A DNA stretch of 64,000 nucleotides from Planctomycetota bacterium (GTDB lineage Bacteria > Planctomycetota > B15-G4), in NCBI GenBank assembly GCA_965248575.1, contig CBDFJQ010000002.1, forward strand, positions 4,448,001 through 4,512,000, given 5' to 3'. Under the pieces are notes generated by a model that was given only the letters and a program-made list of their open reading frames with translations, made no database searches and was not told the DNA's origin. How positions within the stretch are numbered: the stretch's first letter is position 1; each line of letters starts with the position of its first letter. Positions 19,088 to 31,000 of the stretch are shown one piece after another. The translations under genes and the position numbers were made by a program.

Positions 19088-20446
19088 ATGGCCATCCCAA
19101 GTCGTCGTTTCGCTGCAATCCTGGCGGCTGCACTTTTCAGCACGAGCCCGGTCTTGCTCGCGGACACGATCCGGGTCCCAATGGACTCGGAGACCATCCA
19201 GGGCGCCGTCGACATGGCCGCGCCCCTCGATGAGGTCCTGATCTCGAGCGGGAACTACGTCGAGAACATCGTCGTCCCACCCGGGCTCGACGGCCTGACC
19301 ATCCGCGGCAAGGGCAAGGTGGTCATCGATGCACACATTGGCCTCCAGAGCTCCGACGGGATTCGCGTCCTGTCCGCCAACGTCACCATCTCCAAGCTCA
19401 CGATTCGCCACGCCGGCTCGGTAGGGATCAGCGCCTACCAGCTGACCGAGGGCGTCGGCAGCGTCGACGGCCTGACTATCGACAAGGTGAACATCATCAA
19501 CTCGGCCAGTGCCGGGATCGATGTGGCTGGCAACGACGCCATGGTGACGGGGTGCGTGCTCGTGGGCAACGGCAACGGCATCTTGATCAACGGTGACGAC
19601 TGCACGGTCACGAAGACCTCGGTGCTGAACGACTGCGATAGGGGTGTGCGGATCAACGGCATCAACGCTGAGGTGAGCAGGTGCACGATCGACGTCATCG
19701 AGGACGGCAACGGCATCAACGTCTGGGGTGACAACTGCCTGATCGACCGGAACAATGTCTCGAACACGTGTGCCGAGTTGATCTTCGTCAGATCGGACGG
19801 CGGCGTCGTCTCGCGCAACAAGGTCTGGGCCGGCGATTCCGACGGCATCGACGCCGGCGGCACCGACATCACGATCAGCAAGAACACGATCAGCGACACG
19901 GGTGACGATGACGACGGCATCGAGCTGTACTCCACGTCCGGCGCGGTCGTCGAGGGCAACAAGGTCTATCGAGCGACGGAGGAGGGCTACAACCTCAACG
20001 TGTTCAACGCACTGATCTCGAAGAACCTCGCAGACCGTTGCGGCTCCGAGGACGAGTGCGGCTTCCGGGTCGACGGCTCGAACAACATGATCGAGAGCAA
20101 CACGGCACGCGAGTGCGACAGCTCGGGCTTCGAAGTGTCGGGCTCGAGCAACACGCTCATGAAGAACAAGTCGTTCAACAACACGGACAACGGATTCCTC
20201 TTGACTTCGTCCGGCGAGGGCGGAGTTCCTTCGGCGGTCGACAACACGCTCGAGAAGAACCTGGCCCGTGGCAACCACGGTGAGGGCCTCGAGAACCAAG
20301 CCGGCAACACGACCGTGACCAAGAACACGTTCCAGAAGAATCGCCTGGACCTGACGAATGCGACCGCCGATGGCGCGACCCTGGTCGACGGTGGTGGCAA
20401 CAAGTTCGACACGGGCGACTTCACCTTCGAGCCCGAGATCAACTGA
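19088..20446 (+). CDS. secreted right-handed parallel beta-helix (NosD/PbH1-like) protein
   Basis: GAGGAG RBS; signal peptide; TIQGAVD...GNYVENI cap; ~22-aa repeats G(I/F)xxxGxNxxIxxN. Confidence 0.85.
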   Translation: MAIPSRRFAAILAAALFSTSPVLLADTIRVPMDSETIQGAVDMAAPLDEVLISSGNYVENIVVPPGLDGLTIRGKGKVVIDAHIGLQSSDGIRVLSANVTISKLTIRHAGSVGISAYQLTEGVGSVDGLTIDKVNIINSASAGIDVAGNDAMVTGCVLVGNGNGILINGDDCTVTKTSVLNDCDRGVRINGINAEVSRCTIDVIEDGNGINVWGDNCLIDRNNVSNTCAELIFVRSDGGVVSRNKVWAGDSDGIDAGGTDITISKNTISDTGDDDDGIELYSTSGAVVEGNKVYRATEEGYNLNVFNALISKNLADRCGSEDECGFRVDGSNNMIESNTARECDSSGFEVSGSSNTLMKNKSFNNTDNGFLLTSSGEGGVPSAVDNTLEKNLARGNHGEGLENQAGNTTVTKNTFQKNRLDLTNATADGATLVDGGGNKFDTGDFTFEPEIN

Positions 20447-20510
20447 GGCCCGGAACAGTCGTCGCGGGGGCAGTTTCGGTGCCTGTGCACCGGCCAGACC
20501 CGGCGGCTCG

Positions 20511-20543
20511 ACGGCCGTCCCGCACGCGCGGGGCGGCCGTTTT
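20511..20543 (+). terminator. Rho-independent terminator
   Basis: 13-bp stem ACGGCCGTCCCGC / GCGGGGCGGCCGT (one G-U pair) with a 4-nt loop, followed by TTT, downstream of 19088-20446. Confidence 0.65.
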
Positions 20544-20728
20544 CCGTCTGGAGGCCATCGCGTCACCGACTGCTCGGGCGGCTTGCTCGGAGTGGATGCG
20601 CCATGATGCTGCACCGCTAGGCTGCGCTGTTGTGCGTGCTGTTGTTCTCGCGCGCCCCGCGGCCGCGCCGCAGGACGCAGTGGATCCCTACGCAGTCGGT
20701 GAGCGCGCCGATTGGGACTGCGCGCGGT

Positions 20729-20770
20729 GAAAAAGAGATCGAGGACTACCGCAAGGTACAGCCTGCCGGG
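20729..20770 (-). mobile_element. tiny IS3-family transposase (rve) remnant
   Basis: Minus strand reads PGRLYLAVVLDLF, matching the IS3 integrase motif GWLYLAVVLDLFSR; flanks do not continue the transposase. Confidence 0.55.
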
Positions 20771-20980
20771 AGTCGGCCCAGCGGCCTGCCGTCTTGCCCC
20801 AAGCCAAGCCCCGCTCACCCCAGCACGGTCCTCACCACCCCACGCGCCTTCCGCATTTCTTCGGGAGCGCTAGCGTGCCATCTCCCGTGCCCCGCACGGC
20901 GCCGCGAGGCGCAGGGGGCGTTTGCCCTCCCCCGGACGTGAGGGGCCTCTGTCTCGCCTCTGCTCTCGGACTGCCAGATC

Positions 20981-22174
20981 ATGAAGCCCCGTGTGTGTTG
21001 TCTTGTCTCGATGTGTCTGTCTGCTCAAGCCCTGGCCTTGGCCCCGGCCTCGGCCCTGAGTCGGTGGGGAGGGCCGGACCCGTCCGTGTTGCTGGAGAGG
21101 GCCCGGGCTTCGATCATGGATCTCGATGCGGTTTCGTTTCAATGTGACGCGAGCACGTTGGGTAAGCAGGTGTTCGGGGATTCGGTGGCGGTGTTTCCAC
21201 CGCTCAGCGCCACGGTGAAGGTCGTCTTTGGAGGGGCCAAGCGGCGTGCTGAGCGATTCAGCGCTGAGGTGTTGGCGGGAGACGGGATGAGCGGCTCGCG
21301 GCGCTGGCGGCTCGGGGGCGATGCTGACAACGTCATGATGTCAGAAGGCGGGACGGCGTTGGTCGCGACCCGAGAGACCCATGATGGTGGGATGTTGGGC
21401 GTGTTGGGAGGGGCCGGGACCCTGATTCCGTGGTGGTGGTGGGATGAAGAATCGTGGCAAGAGTTGTTGTCGGCTCCGGTCATCGAATACCGAGGCCCCG
21501 GGATTCAAGCCGGTGAGTTGTGCGAGGTCGTCCAGGCCAGCGAGGGCGAAGGGGGCCGGGAGTGAATTCTTTGGCTCTCGGTCGAGGACGGCCTGCCTCG
21601 AGTGTGGGAGGAACGCTGGGTGCAGCAAGAACCGATGCGGAGGGTGTACCGCGTCTGGGGCCTTGCTCGCCACGAGTCCGAAGAGCTGGAGTTTCAGACT
21701 CTGGTTTCTGAGGGAGATGAAGTGGTGGCGTACAAGCATCGCTCCCGAACTGTTCAACTGATCAAAGAGGGAAAGAGGGTCCCAGAGTTTTCGATACCCG
21801 GTGAGCCGGGTGTTCTGGACGGGGTTCAGATGGCTGACGGCATCTGGGTTGTGAGTTTTTGGGCAACGTGGTGCGGGCCGTGCATTGTCGAGTTACCGCT
21901 GTTGAACTCGCTCCGCGCGGATCTCGATCGTGCGGGTGCCAAGTTGGCCCTGCTGCAGACCCTTGACGGGCGGGATGGCCAGGGTGTGTTGGCGAGCTTC
22001 GATGGCCTGCGGGATCGGAACTGGGATGACCCAGATGGGGTGGTCGCCGCAGCGTTTGGGGTGAGCGGGTTTCCGACGACGATTGTGATTCGTGATGGGA
22101 AGATTGTGTGGTCGCTGGTGGGCGAGTTAGGAGAAGAGGGCTCGATCGAGATGTTGAAGAGTGTTCAGCGCTAA
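20981..22174 (+). pseudogene. exported TlpA/thioredoxin-family protein interrupted by one in-frame TGA
   Basis: ORFs 20981-21565 and 21602-22174 share a frame and are separated only by TGA 21563-21565; signal-like N-terminus; FWATWCGPC and cis-Pro GFPTT in the C-terminal part. Confidence 0.75.
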
Positions 22175-22737
22175 GGGTCAGCAGCTGTGACGGAGTCCGT
22201 TCGAGCGCGCATGATGCCGACCTGCGAGAACACGCCGTCAATCGTGCGACTGTGCAGCGCTCCAGGGTCGGGTCGCTGGCTCGAGACGCACCTCGTCGCT
22301 CGCGCACTCCCGATCCAGTTGTGCTGTGGGAGGTTCGAGCTCTAGCTGTCGTGTGCCGCGGGAGCTGTTCTGAGCGGAAAGGATCGGAGCGGCAGCGCAT
22401 CGGGACCGGGAGACCCGGGCGCGGGTGGGGGCGCTCCATGCAGACGCGGCCCCCGGGCAGTGTGATCAACGGTCGTGATGGGACCAGGATAGGTCCCGAG
22501 ACCCAAACGGCTGGATGCTCGGCTCGGCGAGGTTGTGGGAACCACCGACAGGTCGGCGTGGCCGAGGCAGACCCGCCACACGACGGGTATCCGACTGCCG
22601 ATCTTCTGAGCGGGCGCCGGTTGTGTGACCGTGTGGCCCGCGCTGGCCACGCGAGCCACTAATCTCAGCCCGGGTTCCCGGCCGACCGTTAGACTGGGAT
22701 CTGTTCGGCGTCCTACCAACATGCCCGCGAGCCCGCC

Positions 22738-24096
22738 ATGACCGACCGCCCACTCCGTCGCCTCGTGTCCCTGGCCCTTGCGTTGACTGCCCTCGGGACT
22801 CTCGCCTCGTCAGCAGCCAGCCAGGTCGTGCTGCAGCAGGACGACATCGCCGTCGCCACGACCAACGGCGTCTACCTCCTGCACCGCAAGCAGCCCGCGG
22901 TCCGCGTCGTGCCCGGGCCCCTCGTCGCGCCCGCCATCGAGTGGGAGCCCGACACCGACCGCTTCTATCTGGCCACCAGCAACGAGCTGCTGCGCGTGAC
23001 CGTCCAGACGCACACGACGGGTGGCGCGACCGTGCAGACCCTCGCCACGCTCCCCGCCGGCACGCGGCTCGTGGACGTGGACATCGACCACAGCACCGGC
23101 GACGTCTGGACCCTCGATCGCGAGACCGATCAGGCGTTCCGTTTCAGCGCCCCCGTCAATCCGGGCGCGACTCCGGACCTCACATTGCAACTCTTCGAGC
23201 GGGCGCGCTCGCTCAGCGTCGACAGCGTGAACCACCCCGTCTCGCTGCTGTACATGACGACCAAGGCACTCATGCGGCAGTACGTCGACGGCCCACCGAT
23301 CGTGGAGGATGGCAAACCGCTTGGCAGCAGCGACGCGGGATCCGACGTCAGCTGGCAGCACCCACGCTGGGGCACCTTCTACGTCAACACCAATTCGCAT
23401 GGCATCTACTTCGTCCCGTACAAGGTCCGAGGGATGAATCCGCTCATCGAGCTGCAGTTGCCCGTCGCGCCCTACGTCTTCCACCCCACCGACATCGAGT
23501 GGCTTCCCAACTCCGGCAAGCTCTACGCCGTGACCGTCGACGGCGTGGCGCCGAGTGTGTTCCCCACGCTGCAGACGGATGGGACGGGCGTGCACGTCGT
23601 CGAGATCCGACCGGGCGGCGGTCAGGTCGGCGGCGTCGCGATCGCGGTCCTCGTGTCCGACCCCGCTGGCACCAGCCTTGTCTTCGGCACGGAGGCGGAC
23701 ATCGCCATCGTGCTCGACGGGAGCTTCGCCGGCCCCTACGGCAACCCATCGCCCGCGTTCACGGGCGAAGCGCCGGTCATGGAGGCTGTGTCCTTCCCGC
23801 TGCTCGGCAACGCGGCCTTCGCCATGGAGATCGTGGACGGCCCGCCCGGGCGTCCCGTCTTCGCGGGCATCGGCCTGTCCCCCGCCAACATCATCGTCGG
23901 CGGCGGTGTGCAGCTCATCGCGCCGAGGGTCTGGATGGCTGTCGGGCAGACCAGCCCCGTGGGCGACCTGCTGATTCCAGCCTCCGTGCCCAACAATCCT
24001 GCGCTCACGTCGATGGACCTCTTCGTACAGAGCGTGGTCTTTGGCAACGACCAGGAGCCGGCGTTCACCAACGCGATGCGCATCCGCTTCCGGTAG
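22738..24096 (+). CDS. secreted beta-propeller-like protein with a divergent version of the shared C-terminal domain
   Basis: Signal peptide ending AAS-Q; propeller-like strands; C-terminus YG...P...PLLGN..F...GPPG...VP.NPAL...LFVQ......FTNA.RIRFR*. Confidence 0.75.
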   Translation: MTDRPLRRLVSLALALTALGTLASSAASQVVLQQDDIAVATTNGVYLLHRKQPAVRVVPGPLVAPAIEWEPDTDRFYLATSNELLRVTVQTHTTGGATVQTLATLPAGTRLVDVDIDHSTGDVWTLDRETDQAFRFSAPVNPGATPDLTLQLFERARSLSVDSVNHPVSLLYMTTKALMRQYVDGPPIVEDGKPLGSSDAGSDVSWQHPRWGTFYVNTNSHGIYFVPYKVRGMNPLIELQLPVAPYVFHPTDIEWLPNSGKLYAVTVDGVAPSVFPTLQTDGTGVHVVEIRPGGGQVGGVAIAVLVSDPAGTSLVFGTEADIAIVLDGSFAGPYGNPSPAFTGEAPVMEAVSFPLLGNAAFAMEIVDGPPGRPVFAGIGLSPANIIVGGGVQLIAPRVWMAVGQTSPVGDLLIPASVPNNPALTSMDLFVQSVVFGNDQEPAFTNAMRIRFR

Positions 24097-24277
24097 GGCG
24101 TCGGCCGACTTGGATGGCTGGGGAGGCGGGCGGACTCAACGGGACCAACAGCCGTCGTTCGCGGCAGTCATGCGAGCAGCCTCGCCCGATGGTGTGCCTG
24201 CTGCGACGGCCGCCTTCAACCTCACAGCGGGCCGGGGACTTCGTAGCCTGTGTCACCGCCCCCTTTCGAGCCCACCC

Positions 24278-24859
24278 ATGAATCGACTGACCCGCGCGCT
24301 AATCCTGCTCCTGTCCATCAGCCCCCTCTGGGCTACGCCGGGTGTTGCGCAGCCACTCCCGCCCGCTCAGGACCCAGATGTCCAGGAAGACGTCGCGGCG
24401 ATCCGGGCACGGATGGGCTTCATGGTCGGCGAATGGCGGATCGACGCGAAGATCCGTACGCCCAACGGCTACCTCGTGGGCAGCGGAACGATGGACGCCC
24501 GTTTCGATGTGGACGGCACCACCTTCCTGGCCGACATGGACACCCGGTTCCAGGGCTTCGCGGTGACGGGAACCACGCGACGCGTCTACAACCCTGCACG
24601 CAAACTATGGGACGTGGATTGGCTCACCGGGAATGCCTCAAGCGTGCTCGGCATCGAGGGCCGGTTCTCCGACGGGCACTTCATCGAAATCAACTACGGC
24701 ACCGACGGAGCCGGGCCTTTCATCGGGCGACTGGTGGTTTCGGAGATCACGGACGACCATTTCGTCGTGCGCAAGGATCGCCTCTACGACGACGGAACTC
24801 TCATGCCCGAGGTGTGGCTCTATGAAGCGACGCGCACCGGTGGCGAACCGCAGCGTTGA
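24278..24859 (+). CDS. exported beta-barrel protein, DUF1579-like (193 aa)
   Basis: Signal peptide MNRLTRALILLL...GVA-Q; FMVGEW, YNP...W...W, EIT.D.F pattern. Confidence 0.65.
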   Translation: MNRLTRALILLLSISPLWATPGVAQPLPPAQDPDVQEDVAAIRARMGFMVGEWRIDAKIRTPNGYLVGSGTMDARFDVDGTTFLADMDTRFQGFAVTGTTRRVYNPARKLWDVDWLTGNASSVLGIEGRFSDGHFIEINYGTDGAGPFIGRLVVSEITDDHFVVRKDRLYDDGTLMPEVWLYEATRTGGEPQR

Positions 24860-25051
24860 GGTCGGGGGAGGCAGCGGACGCTGGGGAGCCCCTGTCCTAT
24901 GCCTCCCCAAAAAGGTCTCCCGGCCTGCCTCGAAGCGAGGCAAACGCCTTGCATGCTAAGCTCGCGAAGTTGGGAAGGAGGCCGGGTTTCACCGGCCCGG
25001 GCACCCCAACCCGAGCTCGCGCTTCGAGACGATCAACTGGGAGATTCAGGA

Positions 25052-28000
25052 ATGGCTTCGCGTTTCATCCATCAGTTCATGCACCGGTTCATGGACTGGC
25101 CGTTGATCACGCTGCTTGCGGCAGTGTTCGTGTGCTTCAGCGGTTCCGCCCAGGCCCAGGCCTTCGACGCGGGCCTGCTACCCAAGGACATCTTCTTCGG
25201 CGACATCGAGGACGGCAGCGATGTGGACGTGCTGATCTTCGAGGCGCTCCGTGACACCAAGCTCACGATCTCCTTGGCGGCCAAGAAGCCCGGCGCCCTG
25301 CTCGCCTCGCTGAAGCTCGTCAACCTCTCGGACGCGTCGGTGGTGGCCCAAGTCGACGCCATCAAGTCCAAGCTCAAGCTCGTGGTGCTAGCGCCAGAGA
25401 CCGGTCCCTATCGCCTGGAGATCTCCAGCTCCGATGGCAGCATCGGGCCCTATCAAGCGGGCTACAAAGAGAAACTCTCCAAGACCGTGAGCAAGATCAA
25501 GGTCGACGAGGATGTGGCGGGCGGCGCTGACTTCGACACGGACTTCGACGCCCTGCAAGGCTTTCAACTCAGTGGAAAACTGCAGCGCTTCCCGAAGAAG
25601 TCTGGGGCGCTACCCGGTGCACCTGACTTGCTGCGCCCCAACGCAGGCGGCGCCTTCTCCTTGGACGCCAACACCCTCAAGGTCAACAAGAAGGGCGATC
25701 GCTACACGCTCAAGAAAGCGGTCTTGGACGCCAGCGGAACCTGGACGCTGCGCTCGGTGAACGGCGGCACCCAAGGAGGGCTGCGCTCCAGGCTCAGCCT
25801 CAAGCGCATCAAGCAGAAGAAGCGCAAGATCCTCGAGACCGCCAGCCCCGACAGCTTGCCCGCGCCGAGCCTCGACTCACTCTTGGCCATGACCGCTGCC
25901 AGCAACCTGCCGGTCAGCGGCAGTGATGTCATGCCTTTCGGCAAGGTGCAGGTGGAAGGCGGCGCCATGACCGTGGTGGTGTCAGCCAACGCCGACGGCG
26001 AGTTTGCTGCATCCGTGCCGCTCAAGCCCAACGCCGTGCAATCGCTGTTCGTCTCCCAACTGCTCAGCGGCGAACAGGGTCTGGCCGCCACTCATGAAGT
26101 GGTGCAGGACAGCAGCCCGCCCACCCTGATCATCGACTTCCCCGTGGACGGTGCCGTGCTCGGCAGCGCCAGCACCAATGTCTCCGGCCGCGTGGGCGAT
26201 CTGCTCAGTGGATTCGTCGGCCTCAGCGTCACCGTCAACGGCAGCGACGCCGCCGTGAGCATCGGCGTGGGCACCAACGGCAGTTTCGACCTGGCGGGCG
26301 TGCCGCTCGACAGCAGTGGCGCCACCACCCTGGAAGCCATCGCCAGCGATGTGCTCGGCAACACGACGAGCACGAGCATCAACGTGCTCTTCAAGGAGTC
26401 CACCGGCGCCTCGCTCGACATCATGGCGGGTGACAACCAGATGGGTTCGGTCCAGAGCAGCCTCGCCACAGCGTTGACGGTCCGCTTGAGCAATGCAGCC
26501 GACGCACCGCTCTTGGGTCGCCCCGTGAGCTTCCGGGTCGTGAAGAGCGACGGCATGCTCTCGACAGGAACCGACAGCGCTGCCCAGTTGATCACGAGCC
26601 TCTCCGACGCCCAGGGGCTGGCCAGCGTGCAATGGCAGCTGGGAAGCGATGCGGGCATGGGCAACAACCGCGTGGAAGTCACCGCCTCCGGAGTGCCCGG
26701 TGCGCTCTACTTCAACGCCTCCGCTGCAGGCTCCACGGCCAAGCAGCTCGCGATCGGGACGGGCAACGACCAGATGGCCCAAGCGGGCTCGACCCTGTCG
26801 CAGGCGCTCAGTGTCTGGGTCACGGATGGTCTCAATGGTGTCGCAGGCGTCTCCGTCAGCTTCGACGTGGACTCCGGCGAGGGCGGACTGCTCGCCGTGG
26901 GCAGCGCGGGAACTCCCGTCGCACAACTGAACGCCCTGACCGACCTCTCGGGCCACGCGGCCGTGCGCTGGGTGCTGGGCGAGACCGTGGGCCTCAACGA
27001 AGTCAGCGCCGACTTCAGCGGGAACCAAGGGGACTCCGCGAAGTTCCGCGCTCAGGGCTTGGTGCAGGAGTTCATGGCCACCCGCTTCAACGGCTTGGTG
27101 CTGGACAACTCCAAGCGCGCCCTGGGCGGCGCACTGTGCGAGATGACGTTCAACGACGGGACCACCGTCAGCACCAGCACCGGCGTGGACGGACGCTTTG
27201 AATTCGACCAGCTGCCGTTGGCCGGCCAAGCGCAACTGGCGGTGCACGGCGACACGGCCACGACCTTGGGCGGCGATGCCATCAACAGCGCGATCCTTGG
27301 TTTCCCCGAGCTGCACTTCAGCACCTTCATCGTGGCGGGCGCACCCAATGCCTTGCCGCGCCCCGTCTTGTTACCTCCGCTCGACCCCACTGCCGCCCTG
27401 ATCTTCGACGGCAGCGAGGACCTCGAGCTGATGCTGCCCGAGGTGGAAGGGCTGCGCTTCTTCCTGGCGGCTGAGACCGAAGTGCGACACCCCGACGGCA
27501 GCCTGGTGTCAGCCGGCAACCCCATCGCCCTGAGCCTCAGTCCGGTGCATGTGGACGACATCCCCATGCCCTTCGCGGACGGAGCCAATCCGCCCTTCGC
27601 CTGGACCCTGCAACCGGGCGGCACCACCTTCGACCCGCCGCTGAGCCTTGAGATGCCCAATCTGGCGGGCCTGCCCGCGGGTGCCGTGGCCTATTTCATC
27701 TCATTCAACCACGCCACCATGCGCTTCGAGATCGTGAGCAATGCCACGGTCTCCGCCGACGCCACCAAGATCACATCGGACCCTGGCCAAGGCATCACCG
27801 TCTCGGGCTGGGGCGGCATCTGCCCGCCCTACCCGAACCAGGCGACCTTCTGCCCCAGCGACGACATCAACTGCCTCCTGCCTCCCGAGCTGATGGTGCT
27901 CACCAATGACAGCGACGATGAGGAGACGGACGAGATCGAGCCGGCCAAGGGCAGTGCTCAGTCAGCCATGCAGAGTGCAACGGGCGCGCCAGGCTCCGAG

Positions 28001-31000
28001 TCGTTCAACTTCTTCACTGCCTTCGTGGACGACAGCACCCAGAGTTGCGCTGGCAGTGCCCAGCAGTGCGCCATCGATCTGGAGGCTGTCCTGGCAAGTG
28101 GATACTCCGCCTCGGCCGTGGGTGCGTGGAGTCTCGAGGCGGAGGCCATCACCTACAAGATGTTGATGAGCATGTTGCACGGCAGCTACACCGACCTGCG
28201 CAGCTTGCAAGCCGATGCCCACGCGCTCGGCATCGCCATCAGCTGGCCCATCGCCTTGGCCGACACGGCGCTCAACGACTTCCAAGCGTCCATCACGGCC
28301 TTCGACCCTGCGGCCTTCGAGGCCGCGCGCCAGCAGGTGGAGAATGACTACAACGCCCTCGTGCTGCTGCTGGCACAACTGGCCAGCGGCAATGAAGGGG
28401 CGAGCCTGCAGGACCTGACGGACCTGTTCGCCGTCGCCGCCGCGAATGCCGCCACGCTCAACGACCTCATCGCAGGCTTCGACGAGCTCGCCCTGCACGT
28501 GGATGGCTTGGATGATCTGCTGCTCATGAAGGGCGCCACGGTGCGTTCGGGATTCAACGCCGGCCAGGTGGACTCCATGGGTGGATACGTGGTGCCGAAC
28601 ATCCCCGTGACGGGCGGACCGCAGCGGGTGGAGGTTGTCTTGCAGGCCGGGGACATCACCCTCTACGGGCGCTCGGTCTTCGTCGCTACGGTCGCCCAGC
28701 AAGGCACCAACAGCGGCCCCATCGTGCTCAGCGCCACGCCCTTGGCTGAGTTGGTCTCCATGGAAGCCGAACTCATGGGCGGCTTGAACGTCATCGACAC
28801 GCTGGAGGTGCCTGTGGCGGTGAGCGTCATGGCGGACTTCAGCGATGGCAGCAGTTCCAGTTTGGTCGGGTTCGACGACGGCCTCAGTTACAGCTCCAGC
28901 AACGCGACGCTGCTCAGCGTGGATGTCGACGGCATGGCCACCGCCCATCAGGCGGGGCTGGTCTTGCTCTCCGTGAACCGCGAGGGCTCCGTGAGTTCCT
29001 TCTTGGTGAACATCACGCCGGGCACTTCGGTCACCACCGTCAGCGGCATGGTGGTGGACAACAGCATGACCCCCGTGGTGGGCGCCGACGTCACGACCAA
29101 TGAAGGCGGCATGGGGACCAGCATCGCCAACGGTCTCTTCGACCTGGTGGACGAACTGGCCAGCTCAGCCACGCTCGATGTGTCGGCCGAGATGGGCATG
29201 CTTTTCGGATTCACCCTCGACGTTCCGGTGGTCTCTGAGGGCACGACTCAAGCGGGCTTCGTGGTCATCGACCTGGATACCGACGGCGACGGCCTGCCCG
29301 ATTGGTACGAGACGAATCTCTACGCCACCGATCCAGCCCTGGCAGACAGCGATGGTGACGGCCTCGACGATGGCGTCGAGGTGCTGCAGTTGGGCACAGA
29401 CCCCACTCTTGCGGACAGCGACAGCGACAGCTTCGACGACGGAACCGAGAACGCCCTCGGCTCCGACCCCAATGTCTTTGACGCTCCCACCACCGTCGTG
29501 GGCAGCCTGATGCTGGAAGGTGGCGGCGTGCCCGCCAACGGCTTGGCGCACATCCTCGGTGTCTCCACCGATCTCTTCGAGGCGCCGGCCGACGGCGGCG
29601 GCGACTTCAGCTTCGCGCCCTTCCCCGCCAGCCTGACGCCCGTCGTGGTGCTGGGCTCCGCCCCCGGTGGTTTCGCCGGCAGCTCCGCCCAGACCGCCAC
29701 CGTGCCCAACGGCACCACCGACGTGGGCGATGTCCTGCTCGACATCTCCCTCGACCCACTCTATCTGGGCCGCAGGTTCGACATCGGCCAAGGGGCCATC
29801 GCCATGGACCAAGGGGATATGGACGGAGACGGTCGCCCCGACCTGGCGATCTGCCTGCAACTTGAGAGCGGCGTGGAGATCCTGCTCGGGCAGGCCAACG
29901 GCAGCTTCGTGACGGCAGGGATCGTGACCCCCGTCGCAGCCCCCCAAGGCCTGGCCCTGGATGACTTTGACGGAGACGATGTGCTGGACCTCGCCGTGTC
30001 GGACAACACCGGCGCCGTCCACATCTTCCTCGGCAATGGCGACGGCAGTTTCACCTTCGACGCCTTCTACAACGTGGTCGGGGCTTCGCTGGACGTGCTC
30101 AGCTTCGACTGCAACGGCGACCTGCTGGCCGACCTGCACATGATGACCAACGGCGGCAATGTGACCACCTTGCTCGGCAACGGCGACGGCACTTTCGGTG
30201 CAGCGAACGCCGTTCTGGTGGAGAACTCTCCGCGCTCCATGAAGGCCGGCTTGATCAACGGCGACGCCTTCATGGACATCGCCGTCACCAACGTCGGCGG
30301 GAAATCCCTGAGCGTCCTGCTCGGCGACGGAGCGGGCAGCTTCGTGCCGCTCACCCCGCACGATTTCCCAGGCTCTCCCGGGGAGGTCGCGCTGGGGCTC
30401 TTCGACAACGACGCGGTGCTGGACGCCGCTGTCGGCAGCGCCAACACGGGCAGCACCCGGATCCTGATCGGTAATGGCGACGGCACCTTCAACGAGATCG
30501 CCGGCCTCGACGCCGGCTTCCGGGCGCAGGATCTGCTGAGCCTCGACTTGGACAAGAACGGCACGGACGACCTCGTGCAAGCCACGCCCGACGGCAAGGA
30601 TGTGCGCGTCATGCTGGGCAATGGCGACGGCACCTTTGCGGCCTTCCAAGACTATGGAGTGGGCGTCGGGCCCGGACACATGGTGGTGGCCGACCTGAAC
30701 GGCGACGGCGAACTGGATGCGGCCGTGGCCAACACGACTTCAAAGGACGTCTCAGTGCTCCTGGGTGTCGGCGATGGCAGCTTCCGGGTGGCGCCCCGAC
30801 ACGACACGGGCAGCGATTCCGTCTCGGCAGCGCTGGGCGATGTCGATGGGGACACCGAGCTCGACCTGCTCGTCGCAAACCGATCTTTCGGCAGCGCCAA
30901 GGTGCTGCTGGGCGACGGCCTGGGCGACTTCGGCGCCTCGCTCACCGTGAGCCTCCCTTCCACCAACGACTTCGTGGCACTCGCCTTCTTTGATGGGGAC

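Noticed and set aside
22180..22730. Several short ORFs between the TlpA gene and 22738
   Set aside because: Arg/Gly-rich low-complexity translations with no codon-bias or motif support.
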